Positions 9,308 to 18,736 of a DNA stretch of 64,000 bases are shown here, piece by piece. This DNA is from an uncultured virus (IMG/VR IMGVR_UViG_3300025015_000723) (taxonomy: Duplodnaviria > Heunggongvirae > Uroviricota > Caudoviricetes). The notes below the pieces were generated by a model. The model had not been told where the DNA came from, made no database searches, and saw nothing but the letters and a program-made list of their open reading frames with translations. The DNA is taken from the IMG/VR virus record IMGVR_UViG_3300025015_000723, positions 1-64,000 of that record; one strand, given 5' to 3'. The first letter of the stretch is position 1, and each line of letters begins with the position of its first letter. The translations under genes were made by a program, and so were the position numbers.

Positions 9308-9336
9308 AATATAACATTATTTTTAATGACTGTCTA
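9308..9336 (-). promoter_or_regulatory. sigma70-like promoter TAGACA-N17-TATATT
   Basis: Read directly; abuts the hairpin at 9281-9302. Confidence 0.45.
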
Positions 9337-9502
9337 CCTGCTCCAACATATCATTTATAATTTTAGCTACCGTGTTGAAGTCATGTACATGCTCTGTGCC
9401 GCCGATTTTAGCTAAATCTATAAAAAAATCTTGATACTTAATCATAATATTATATAATGTTTCAATATCCTTTGAATTAATTTTGATTGTCGAATCCGCC
9501 AT
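9323..9502 (-). CDS. small hypothetical protein (59 aa; not in ORF track)
   Basis: Manual translation MADSTIKINSKDIETLYNIMIKYQDFFIDLAKIGGTEHVHDFNTVAKIINDMLEQVDSH; GGAGAG upstream; fills the gap. Confidence 0.55.
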   Translation of the reverse strand: MADSTIKINSKDIETLYNIMIKYQDFFIDLAKIGGTEHVHDFNTVAKIINDMLEQVDSH

Positions 9503-10001
9503 CTTCTCTCTCCGATCCTGGAACGACTAACGTTTCTAATTTTTCCATTAATTTCATCATTGTATCGCTATTTTTACCCTCATAAATAGAGCGCATCAAA
9601 GCGTCATGATCGGCATCAGTTAAAATCGTACTATTGATTTGATATTCAGTATAATGATTTTTAATTTCTCTGCTAACTCCCAAAAGACGCTTATTTAAAA
9701 ATACACCTAATGAAACACCTTCCTTTGCAGCGGTTATACTAAGCTGTTTAATCAAGCCGGGTTTAAGATCAATAAACCCAAGCTGACCGCCTTCAGCTAA
9801 AGCAATAGCATAAACTCCCTTAAAAGTACTCGTTCCATTGAGGCAATATGGACAAGTCGCATTACAATGACAATTTCGCTTTTGATTTTTACCATCAATA
9901 TTAACATAATGCGACACATAAGTCCGTTCTGTATCTGGTACAATCACGAAAGATTTAATAGCATCACCAATACGAATAAAACTAGAATTATTTCCTCTCA
10001 T
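9477..10001 (-). CDS. Zn-binding protein, possibly gp32-like ssDNA-binding protein
   Basis: SHY...CHC...CPYC Zn module, R-x5-YTEY strand, mildly acidic tail; replication context. Confidence 0.45.
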   Translation of the reverse strand: MRGNNSSFIRIGDAIKSFVIVPDTERTYVSHYVNIDGKNQKRNCHCNATCPYCLNGTSTFKGVYAIALAEGGQLGFIDLKPGLIKQLSITAAKEGVSLGVFLNKRLLGVSREIKNHYTEYQINSTILTDADHDALMRSIYEGKNSDTMMKLMEKLETLVVPGSEREDGGFDNQN

Positions 10002-10152
10002 TCTTTTTCTTCTCCGGCTCCCTAATCATTTCAGTCATAATTTGAGTTTTTCTACGACAAAGAATACACTGAAATATATACACTGTTTCATATTTTCTTA
10101 CAAACTTTGTGTCTCCACCGCAATGGGAACATTTTACCTGATCTCTCGTCAT
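9988..10152 (-). CDS. small zinc-ribbon protein (54 aa; not in ORF track)
   Basis: MTRDQVKCSHCGGDTKFVRKYETVYIFQCILCRRK...; SD AAGGAG and own promoter. Confidence 0.75.
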   Translation of the reverse strand: MTRDQVKCSHCGGDTKFVRKYETVYIFQCILCRRKTQIMTEMIREPEKKKNERK

Positions 10153-10169
10153 TTTGCTCTCCTTATGTA

Positions 10170-10198
10170 AATATAACTCTAAAATAGGTTTTTTTCAA
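10170..10198 (-). promoter_or_regulatory. sigma70-like promoter TTGAAA-N17-TATATT
   Basis: Read directly; exact 17-nt spacer. Confidence 0.7.
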
Positions 10199-13168
10199 TT
10201 ATACTCTGGTAATAGTGCAGGCTCCCCCAGCACATGCCGCCTGTTCTGTTAACGTGGTGTGGTCGTCTATCTCAACAACCTTAGACAAATCAATATCTTT
10301 AATTTTACGTAACATTTTATCATACACCTCTTCAGTACATGATTCAAAGGGCATTTGCATATACGAATGATCATCAAGCGGGAGCACTGTAATACCAGTA
10401 TAATGGTCCCTATTTTTCCATAACCACTCGCCAGTAATTTGATACTCATCATCCTTTAAGCTAACTGTAACCGAAACATTATGTCTGTTATCACCGTCGT
10501 TATGTCCAGGTACAACCCATTCTTGAGAAAACTTTTTTACGCGCTCTAAAAGTTTAATTGGATCACTATGTTTTCTTAAAATAGCTCCCTCTGGGGCCTT
10601 TTGTGGAATACTAATTACCGCTTGAATAGTAGGCTTAAAAAAATCATCTTCTAAAATATCTGGACAATGTTCACTTAAATATTTGTATAATTCTTCATTT
10701 TTACCAATACGCATTCTTCTAATATAATATTCATCGTGCCATTCATGAATTCCAGATGAACAACCAAACACTAAACTTGTGGTACCACTGGGTTTAATGC
10801 AAGTTACCCTAGCGGCTTTATTAATACCTAAAAGAGCAGCGGTGCGCTCATTTTCTTTTACACAAATATCTGCTGCCATTTCAAGATTTAAATTTAATAT
10901 ACCACCAGAACAAATTCCAGTCATACCGACACCAAGCAAGGCATCCTTCTCACAATTTTTTTGCCAAAGATCTCTGAGATAATGAAACTCAGTATAGCTC
11001 GCTTGCAATGTACCAATAAAGGCACCAACACGACAGCGTTCATTGAGGTCTTCCTGGCTATGAACATCGGATACGTTCACTTCTGTTAAGTTACACATTT
11101 GTGCCGATTTAAGAGAAATTTCAGAACAATTATGAGCCCGCAGACCGTTAGCACAAAATTCATGAATCCCTGGTATAGTTGCGTCAAACACCTCGGCCTC
11201 TCCAATGGGAATAATTTTTGTGATGGTCGTTAAACCACGTTCGCGATTAAGCTTTCGTTTATATGTTCCTAATAAATTCGCAAGTTTGGTGGCTTTTGCT
11301 GGTTCATCAAATCCCACTACAGACTGAAACACATGCATATTGTGTCCAGAAATTACTAATTCATTCATAGATTGGCACCAATATTTTTTTGTTCCTCCTT
11401 TTCCATCCGGCATATATCTGAATTCAGCGGGGTGACGATTTTTATAAATTTTAGAAACTATTCCCAATCGGGATAACATTCTTTGTGCACATTGTAAATT
11501 ATTCAAACTTACTTGTCCCAATCGAATAGATACTCCCTTAATCTGATTTCCTATTACAGTGCCATCCGCATCAAACAATCCTCTCAAACATCCAGCAATA
11601 AAATCATAACTCTCAGCTTCAATTGCAGGAGTTAATAACTTTGTCTTTTGCGTAATATTATATTGTTTTGCTAAATTAGCTACCGCAACACAACGAATAC
11701 GTAATTTGTCTTTTTGATATTGATCTATAACACCGAAATCTGAGCGAGTTTCTAAAACGCCTTTAATTCTATTATAAGCTAATGAAGACATATGTTGAGC
11801 AGAGGGCCCCCAAAAGTCTAAACAAGCGGAGGATGGCCCCGAAAAACAACCATCTCCCAGAAGCTCTCCGAGTAACCAGCCGCGATCAAAATCGCCTGGG
11901 TTGTTTTCACCAAATTTTGCTACGCCATCATGAACAGACAACAAAATCTCGTCTCCAACGGTTAGTTGATTAGCTTCTACCCAATCCGTATAAATTTTTT
12001 TAGAGGTTCGTTTAAGAACCTTAAGTAGTTTATGATTATTTGTCAATTTTAAATTGTTTCCATTGTTTGTTTCAAGTGATAGCAACGATTTAACACCAGT
12101 GCTAAAAAAACCAGACTCCGTAGAATCAAAATGTTTTCCATTCACAATCGCCGTGAATTTTTTATTCACCAGTTCGTTAACTTGTTTAGCTCCTTGCGTA
12201 GTATGTATCCAAGTGTCTCCCGATAAACAAGGATTGATACCCATTTCTTTATTATTTGTAAAGAAAATACCTGGCTCTCCACTTTTTGACATTTGCACTT
12301 TTTTCCAAAGTTGTTTAAATTCCTTTTCTTTGATCCGATGACGTAAAATAACTACAGAATTATTAGCTCTTGCACGTTGAGGATTTAATTCATACCAATT
12401 GCCATATTTACAAGTAAGCATGTCCTCATCGTCAAAAGAAAATAAACTAATCATGGCAGCACGCCGAATTCCCCCAGCTAAAACAGCATCAGCAATATAA
12501 CACATAATATCATGACATTCTAATGTGGTTAACTTAGATCCACCCACTTTTCTATCTAAAATTTTTTGAATATTATGTAAACAGTCTTTTAGAGGTTCCG
12601 GTCCTGGGGCCTTACCCCCAGATGTAATAAGACGAGCACCCTTCGGACGAATATCTCTAAAATCATATTCTGGTAAAGTTTTTCCGCACATATAAGCACG
12701 GAAAAGCGCCTTAACAGCGTCTGCCCACCCTTCAATTGAGTCGCCGACCAAAAAGCGCCGTGATTTAATTGGCTTATATATTACTGGCAGTTGTTCTACA
12801 TGGTGCCGCTGGACACTAAACCCAACACCTGACCCACCCAACAATAAAAACATGGTCTCGGAAAAAGCGTGAAAATCATCAATAGCAACAAAAGAACAAT
12901 TGTAGCCGCGATTAGGAGACAGCTCTATGGGTTTCCCAGCAAACTGCATTGACCTCATCGAAGGTACAACTTTTTTACTATATACTAATTTAAAAGCATC
13001 TTCAATTTCTGTTTTTAATTTTGGAAATTTTCTTATATGCATTTCCATATTACGTGTTACAATTTCTTCCCACGTCTCTCTACGTTTTAATTTAGGAATA
13101 AATTTAGCATATTTAGCATATACCGTAATATCTGACAATATTTTTCGAGATAAACTTAACTTGTTCAT
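10199..13168 (-). CDS. nrdJ: class II (B12-dependent, monomeric type) ribonucleotide reductase, intein-containing
   Basis: RRETWEE, YNCSF, GGIRRAAMI, EPG...NP|C.EI, CNLTE, KPSGT, C-terminal CAGGAC. Confidence 0.93.
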   Translation of the reverse strand: MNKLSLSRKILSDITVYAKYAKFIPKLKRRETWEEIVTRNMEMHIRKFPKLKTEIEDAFKLVYSKKVVPSMRSMQFAGKPIELSPNRGYNCSFVAIDDFHAFSETMFLLLGGSGVGFSVQRHHVEQLPVIYKPIKSRRFLVGDSIEGWADAVKALFRAYMCGKTLPEYDFRDIRPKGARLITSGGKAPGPEPLKDCLHNIQKILDRKVGGSKLTTLECHDIMCYIADAVLAGGIRRAAMISLFSFDDEDMLTCKYGNWYELNPQRARANNSVVILRHRIKEKEFKQLWKKVQMSKSGEPGIFFTNNKEMGINPCLSGDTWIHTTQGAKQVNELVNKKFTAIVNGKHFDSTESGFFSTGVKSLLSLETNNGNNLKLTNNHKLLKVLKRTSKKIYTDWVEANQLTVGDEILLSVHDGVAKFGENNPGDFDRGWLLGELLGDGCFSGPSSACLDFWGPSAQHMSSLAYNRIKGVLETRSDFGVIDQYQKDKLRIRCVAVANLAKQYNITQKTKLLTPAIEAESYDFIAGCLRGLFDADGTVIGNQIKGVSIRLGQVSLNNLQCAQRMLSRLGIVSKIYKNRHPAEFRYMPDGKGGTKKYWCQSMNELVISGHNMHVFQSVVGFDEPAKATKLANLLGTYKRKLNRERGLTTITKIIPIGEAEVFDATIPGIHEFCANGLRAHNCSEISLKSAQMCNLTEVNVSDVHSQEDLNERCRVGAFIGTLQASYTEFHYLRDLWQKNCEKDALLGVGMTGICSGGILNLNLEMAADICVKENERTAALLGINKAARVTCIKPSGTTSLVFGCSSGIHEWHDEYYIRRMRIGKNEELYKYLSEHCPDILEDDFFKPTIQAVISIPQKAPEGAILRKHSDPIKLLERVKKFSQEWVVPGHNDGDNRHNVSVTVSLKDDEYQITGEWLWKNRDHYTGITVLPLDDHSYMQMPFESCTEEVYDKMLRKIKDIDLSKVVEIDDHTTLTEQAACAGGACTITRV
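11129..12229 (-). mobile_element. intein with LAGLIDADG homing endonuclease (367 aa)
   Basis: Begins CLSGDT after GINP and ends GLRAHN before CSEI. Block B LTNNH; LAGLIDADG motifs LLGELLGDG and LRGLFDADG. Confidence 0.95.
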
Positions 13169-13210
13169 TTCACTCTTCTCCTTGCCTACTCTATGTTGGT
13201 TAATGGCGAT

Positions 13211-13228
13211 GGGGCCGTTATCGGCCCC
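13211..13228 (-). other. GC-rich hairpin in the nrdJ leader
   Basis: GGGGCCG-ATAA-CGGCCCC with no U-tract. Confidence 0.5.
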
Positions 13229-13324
13229 GATTTTTCCAATTTGATATCTAAAATATTCGTATTAATAGTGACTTTCCGTGTTCAAAATATGTTCTCTCAA
13301 TGAGCTTCAAACTACATATATTAC

Positions 13325-14824
13325 TTATGAGGCTTCTAAAGTCGCATAAGAAATATCCAAAATATGATGAATTTGCATTCTTGAAAAATCTTTTTGCATT
13401 ACAATGACACCCTTTTCTCCGCCTCTATTTTTAACAACATAAAACTTCATTGTTAGTTCAGTATCATCTTCTTTTTTCTCTTCTTCTTGTTTTTCTAATG
13501 GGTCCTCAATTTGAACAATAATATTCATATTAAATGCGGTGCCCTCTGCCCTAGAAACACGGTGGGTTCCATATCTTACAGCTTCGCCTTTAATACCACG
13601 AAGAGAGGTGGACTGAGCGGCTGTGATTACTGGAATACGTTTAGTTCTAGCATATTCATGTACCTCTTCAGAAATAGCCGTCTGAGCCTTCCAATCTTCG
13701 CCAGTGTCTCTGTGGTCGCCGGTAGTAGCTTTCATGAGCTGCAGGTAGTCAATAACCACTACGTCCATCCTGACGCCATGTAGGGCTTCCTGACGGTCAA
13801 TTTCTGTAGAGACAAAGTTTATATCTTCACCTCTTGGCACATCAATAACATAAAATCCAACTGGTCCCTTTCCACTTCTAACTGATTCTAAGTAATTAAG
13901 ATATATTTGTTCATCCTGGTCGCTTAACTGGCCACGTCTAACTTCTTTCTCCTTAAGTCCCAACGAAGCTGAACAAAATCTCCTTAAGCAGTCTTCCGCT
14001 GGCATCTCAATAGAAACATAGGCTACATTCTTTGGAGATATTCGATAAATATCCCCCGGAGTAGCAAAAATAGTTCCACACTTTGGACATCTGTTTTGAG
14101 TATGTAAAAACAATTGAAATCCGCATTTTGCACAATATCTAATACCATTAGCGATGTATGCAGACATAGAGACTAAGCTAATGGACTTACCACCTCCAGT
14201 CGGCCCGACTATCAATAAAACTTCACCAGGATTTATACCCCAAGTTAATTCATCTAATTTTTGGAATCCAGTCATTATACCTCTTATAATTTCTGGATTG
14301 GATTTTGCAATACGATAATTATCGCTCATGACTGGAGCGCTTTCGGCTAAAGAAGTTCTCACTACTCTATCTTGAGCCGACAGTGTTGCGATTTCGCTAC
14401 CAACTTTTGCCAAATCTTTTGCCGCTGATATTGGGTCATTCATGGTGTTACACATTTTATCGGCTTTAGATACAACTTCGTGCAACATAATTTTATATTT
14501 ACGAGTTTTAATAGCATCTACATAATATTTATAGTCTTTAGTGGGCGTTTTAAGATTTTCAAGAGAAAGATATATAGCATATCTCTTAGATAACTCCACG
14601 CTTGATACTCCGCGACGTTTGAGCTGATCAAAGACTTTATCTTTATCTAATATTTCTTTAAATTTTCTATAGTATATAACAATATTGTCAAAGACTGGGC
14701 GCCACTCAGGATCAAAATAATCTCCAGTAAGTTTGTCTTCTTCTAATATGGAAATCACATGTTGTTTATCTTGTAATAAAATTGAAAGTAGATGTTCATC
14801 TATAGAAATGTTTTGATCAATCAA
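13325..14824 (-). CDS. dnaB: replicative DNA helicase (DnaB-like)
   Basis: TGFQKLD, GPTGGGKS, SIEM, VIDYLQLM, TAAQ, KNRGG. Confidence 0.92.
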   Translation of the reverse strand: MIDQNISIDEHLLSILLQDKQHVISILEEDKLTGDYFDPEWRPVFDNIVIYYRKFKEILDKDKVFDQLKRRGVSSVELSKRYAIYLSLENLKTPTKDYKYYVDAIKTRKYKIMLHEVVSKADKMCNTMNDPISAAKDLAKVGSEIATLSAQDRVVRTSLAESAPVMSDNYRIAKSNPEIIRGIMTGFQKLDELTWGINPGEVLLIVGPTGGGKSISLVSMSAYIANGIRYCAKCGFQLFLHTQNRCPKCGTIFATPGDIYRISPKNVAYVSIEMPAEDCLRRFCSASLGLKEKEVRRGQLSDQDEQIYLNYLESVRSGKGPVGFYVIDVPRGEDINFVSTEIDRQEALHGVRMDVVVIDYLQLMKATTGDHRDTGEDWKAQTAISEEVHEYARTKRIPVITAAQSTSLRGIKGEAVRYGTHRVSRAEGTAFNMNIIVQIEDPLEKQEEEKKEDDTELTMKFYVVKNRGGEKGVIVMQKDFSRMQIHHILDISYATLEAS

Positions 14825-15576
14825 ATTTTCACCTTCCTAAAATCTATACCCGCATGATGTAGCGTTACAGTCGAGGAGGCGGCCAAAATAGAATCTACAG
14901 ATCTTCCTGGACCCCCATATTTAGACTTAAGCTCATCAATAGTGTCATTGGTAATAATCACCGTGGTTAAACTTGCATCGCTTCTGGTTTTTAATATGTT
15001 TTCAGCTACAAACTTAGCATAATTGGCAATGGAGCTAGTTGTATCTATCTCCCCAAATTGATTAGTTTTAGTATACTCTTTTCCGAATTCATCTATAACA
15101 AGTAAATCACATGCATGTAATCTTTCCAAAATTTCATCTTTATTGCCTTCTTTAGAATAATGTAGAGAAATGAGTTGATTAAACAAAATATATTGAGGTG
15201 AAATACCACGTACGGTAGCAGCAGACTTCAAGAGGATACTAGCCATCATTGTTTTACCTGTGCCATTTGGGCCACTAACAACAATTAAAGGAATATTTTG
15301 TACTGTGTTTTCAATTTCAAAAATTAGTTTAATCCATTTACTTTTTAAATCTGAAACGACTGGATTCTGCTCTTGACCAACACCAAAGTCTGTTGTCTTT
15401 ATGCTCCAAAATTTTGCTGGCACATTAGCCGCTGCCGCTGCTTCATACATTAACATAAGGGCATGACATCGACAGCCTGGATCAGCACCATGACAAACAA
15501 CACACTGATTTACTGTGCGTTCTTTGAGTTCTGCGAGTTTTTTAAAAACTACAGACCTATTACTGCCAATTATCAT
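14821..15576 (-). CDS. DnaC/IstB-like helicase loader
   Basis: N-terminal CVVC...CRC, GPNGTGKT, LLVIDEFGKE, IITN; adjacent to DnaB. Confidence 0.82.
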   Translation of the reverse strand: MIIGSNRSVVFKKLAELKERTVNQCVVCHGADPGCRCHALMLMYEAAAAANVPAKFWSIKTTDFGVGQEQNPVVSDLKSKWIKLIFEIENTVQNIPLIVVSGPNGTGKTMMASILLKSAATVRGISPQYILFNQLISLHYSKEGNKDEILERLHACDLLVIDEFGKEYTKTNQFGEIDTTSSIANYAKFVAENILKTRSDASLTTVIITNDTIDELKSKYGGPGRSVDSILAASSTVTLHHAGIDFRKVKI

Positions 15577-15965
15577 GTTTTTCTCCTGGGCCTGTTAGAT
15601 TTTTTAGGTATGGGCAAATCTGCCAATCCAACGCCAGAAGCATCAGAAGTGTGGCCTGGAGGACCAGCATCCACTAAACCCTGAACCCCTTGATCTACGG
15701 ATGGGCGAGAAGACCTTGAAGACGTACCCACAATTCCAGGAGCAGGAGGGTCAACGGAAGAAGAATTTGTGATACGCATATAATTTAATAAAGCTTCAGG
15801 GGGTTCCTCAAAAAAATGTAAAGCTATCGCCTTAGAAACATTTATCATAATAGTTTCATTATCGCTTCTTTCAATTTTAATAAAAGCTTCCCCCCAAGCG
15901 CCAGCATAAATTCCCCCGCCTAATAACGTACCATCTTCAGCCCTAACTAAAACATATTTCTTCAT
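15573..15965 (-). CDS. hypothetical protein
   Basis: ATGA-coupled ORF with a disordered C-terminal half. Confidence 0.6.
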   Translation of the reverse strand: MKKYVLVRAEDGTLLGGGIYAGAWGEAFIKIERSDNETIMINVSKAIALHFFEEPPEALLNYMRITNSSSVDPPAPGIVGTSSRSSRPSVDQGVQGLVDAGPPGHTSDASGVGLADLPIPKKSNRPRRKT

Positions 15966-16828
15966 TTCTTTTCTCCTAATAGGCCACGGCTTTGGGCTTC
16001 TTCTAACATTTTAACCACTGGATGAGATGGAAGCGTTTGCATTTTATCTTTCCAAGCTGCATATACATATTGCAAATCTTTATGGGTTTTCATATTTCCA
16101 ATATAATTAAAAATACCGCCGATCCCCTGTATATATCCTATAAAATCTATTGGTAAAGTTGGGGATATTGTAGTTGCTGGAGCCACAGTTTTATGTTGTA
16201 AATTGGTCATGTAAACCGTATATGAACTTAACATTGTCGCACTAGCCAACCATCCCCAATTTAACGACTGCCCCCTTGTAAATGAATATGCAAACCACCA
16301 ATCTAAATAATCTTTAACAGATTCTGGAGAATTCAATTTTTTCAATAAAAAAGACATAACATTTAAACCCCTAGTTGATTTTTGTTCCCACGTTCCTTTA
16401 TTTTTTATAAATCTACTATAAATTACACCAGGAGTTTCTATTGGATAATCTTTACCCGTCCTACTATAATATAATTCAAAAAAATAAGAAAGCAACTCAA
16501 ATTGCCCCCATTCTTCCATGGGGGTTAAAGAGCCATCAGATGATGCGCGGACTCTACCTTTTTCACGTACATCAGCTACATCACGAGTGTTTTTAATATA
16601 GGAATTTTTAAATTTGGTGACAGTTGGATCCATTTCAATAGCATCAGCATTAGCTGCACTAATCATTTGTTTTTTAAATCGGGTGATAGCGCGACGGGCC
16701 ATTGTAATATTAGGTTTACTATATTCCATATCTGCATTTTTCAACACAGCTTCTGGAGCTAGATTTTCTAAAATTTCTACAGTAAGATGTTTGACCGCAT
16801 TATCCAGTTGTTTGCTCATCGAACTCAT
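15962..16828 (-). CDS. hypothetical protein in the replication module
   Basis: 288-aa ORF coupled between the SF2 helicase and the loader. Confidence 0.6.
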   Translation of the reverse strand: MSSMSKQLDNAVKHLTVEILENLAPEAVLKNADMEYSKPNITMARRAITRFKKQMISAANADAIEMDPTVTKFKNSYIKNTRDVADVREKGRVRASSDGSLTPMEEWGQFELLSYFFELYYSRTGKDYPIETPGVIYSRFIKNKGTWEQKSTRGLNVMSFLLKKLNSPESVKDYLDWWFAYSFTRGQSLNWGWLASATMLSSYTVYMTNLQHKTVAPATTISPTLPIDFIGYIQGIGGIFNYIGNMKTHKDLQYVYAAWKDKMQTLPSHPVVKMLEEAQSRGLLGEKK

Positions 16829-18383
16829 CCTTTCTCATCCGTCCTACAGCTTTTTCAATCTTCTTAAGAATAATTTCTTTACGTTCTTTAGGAACATTAT
16901 TCGCCACTAAGTCAAATGCTGGTTCCATTTTAAGTGCAGCAATTCTAGCAACACTATGATCTAAAACAAACTTGCCATCGTCTATAAAGTCTATAACACG
17001 AGCATCTACTTTATCTTCATGGGGACGTAAGACGCGACCAACCCGTTGCCTTATTTTAGTCTTGCCCCGCTTTCCACCTGCTAAAATTTCACCAGAAATA
17101 ATGGGAACATCGAGACCCTCATCGGCTAAAGAAGTCGCAATCATACAATCTATTTCTCCATTTCTAAATGCATTTAACAGTGTTTGTCTTCTTTTAGATG
17201 AAAGAGTGGCATTCAAAAATTCAGCTTGAACATCTGATAGCATCTCTTCAAGTACCTTACCGTGCTCCTCTAAATAATCTACCAGTATTAATGTTTTTCT
17301 GCCAGCTCGTACCATTTCACGAGCCTTCTCTCCAATAATATAATTCCTAACATCGTTATTGACAATGAGTTGTTTATAAACAGCATGAAAATCGTCCCAC
17401 TCTCCTCTGCGAGCCGAGTTATCTATATAGTGATATTCTATGGTTGGTCTAACAAGCCAGCCCTTATCAATAAGAGTAGAAGCACTAATATCATAAAAAA
17501 TATTACCAAGCTCAGCTTCTATTAGTAAATCATCTCCCTCATCGCGTTTGGGGGTAGCACTTGTGCCCAACACATATGGTGCGTTGATGTTACGCAAAAC
17601 CGTTTGAATGGTTTTAGCTCTCGCACAATGAGATTCGTCTAATACAACTAATTGAGCGGCTTTAAGCATGGTGGTTATTTTATTAGAATGCGATGTGTCA
17701 AATTTTTCTGACACCTGTCTGTCATAAAAATAAGTTTTGGCCCTAGTGTCAATTGATCTTGCTGCAGATTGCCAAGTACTTACGGTAATTTGTTCTATTT
17801 CACATTTTCCATCGCCCACAATTCCAATAGCTGAATCTGGAATCTCATGTTCTAAATGTTCTTTCATTTGTATAACAAGGTCTATGGTCCCGCATAAAAT
17901 AACAGTGGGAATATTAAGACGACTAACAATATTAGTAATAATAATAGATTTTCCCGCCCCTGTGGCTGCGGCCATAATACCCTTTTTATAATCTAAAAAT
18001 CTATCTATGGCTATTTGTTGATAATCACGTAAATTTCCCTTCCACAGTAACCCATCATTTAAATCTGGAAAAGAACGTTCATCGATTACTAAATATCCAA
18101 TATCGTTTTGTTTGCAAAAATATAAAACACGCTTTAATAAACCAGACCTAAAACTCAAAGAACTAAAACTAGGAACAAAAATATCTTTGTTCCAACGTCC
18201 GCCTAGAAGATAATTCTTTCCATTCCAGGCTGTATTTTTATATCTCCAAGTATATTGATAGTCTTGTTCGGTATAACTAAGATAATCATTCAATGCAAAT
18301 AAAAAACTTTGAGGTACATCCTCTATTTTTTCTACTTTAGTTATATTATGTTGAACTACAAAAGTTAACAAATTTGTCTCCAA
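16800..18383 (-). CDS. superfamily II helicase (UvsW/XPB-like)
   Basis: LRDYQ, ATGAGKS, DESH, SATPKR, EGLDVP, QRVGRVLR. Confidence 0.92.
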   Translation of the reverse strand: METNLLTFVVQHNITKVEKIEDVPQSFLFALNDYLSYTEQDYQYTWRYKNTAWNGKNYLLGGRWNKDIFVPSFSSLSFRSGLLKRVLYFCKQNDIGYLVIDERSFPDLNDGLLWKGNLRDYQQIAIDRFLDYKKGIMAAATGAGKSIIITNIVSRLNIPTVILCGTIDLVIQMKEHLEHEIPDSAIGIVGDGKCEIEQITVSTWQSAARSIDTRAKTYFYDRQVSEKFDTSHSNKITTMLKAAQLVVLDESHCARAKTIQTVLRNINAPYVLGTSATPKRDEGDDLLIEAELGNIFYDISASTLIDKGWLVRPTIEYHYIDNSARRGEWDDFHAVYKQLIVNNDVRNYIIGEKAREMVRAGRKTLILVDYLEEHGKVLEEMLSDVQAEFLNATLSSKRRQTLLNAFRNGEIDCMIATSLADEGLDVPIISGEILAGGKRGKTKIRQRVGRVLRPHEDKVDARVIDFIDDGKFVLDHSVARIAALKMEPAFDLVANNVPKERKEIILKKIEKAVGRMRKDEFDEQTTG

Positions 18384-18415
18384 TAATACAAAAGAGGATA
18401 AAACCCCTCTTGTAT

Positions 18416-18444
18416 AATATAAAACTATTAAAGATAAAAGTCAA
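18416..18444 (-). promoter_or_regulatory. sigma70-like promoter TTGACT-N17-TATATT
   Basis: Read directly; exact 17-nt spacer. Confidence 0.75.
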
Positions 18445-18720
18445 TTAGCGTTTGGGTTTTTGATTGTTTTTCTTAGGAAGTACAGTTTTTTTGCGAATTT
18501 CATCTGTAGCAGTCTTTTTTAATTTATCACTAAGCTCAGTAACTGTATCTTTAGCTGCCTGCATAGCAATTTCGCATTCTTCTAATTTACGATGCAGGTG
18601 AATATTTTCATTTAATTGCATTTGATATTGTTTTTTTAACTCTTCCAGCTGAATATCTTTAATGCTAGAGCATAAACATTGTTTTAAATTCATTATACAG
18701 GTTTTAATTTTATTCCACAT
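18445..18720 (-). CDS. small coiled-coil protein
   Basis: Start probably MWNKIK (SD AAGGAG); heptad-rich. Confidence 0.6.
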   Translation of the reverse strand: MWNKIKTCIMNLKQCLCSSIKDIQLEELKKQYQMQLNENIHLHRKLEECEIAMQAAKDTVTELSDKLKKTATDEIRKKTVLPKKNNQKPKR

Positions 18721-18736
18721 TTTCTTCTCCTTCTGG

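Noticed and set aside
13169..13324. Cobalamin riboswitch or NrdR boxes upstream of nrdJ
   Set aside because: The region is short and neither a B12 box nor an NrdR consensus could be matched.
14030..14145. Mini-intein in DnaB
   Set aside because: Too short and lacks the terminal HN and block B; it is a CxxC...CxxC ribbon.
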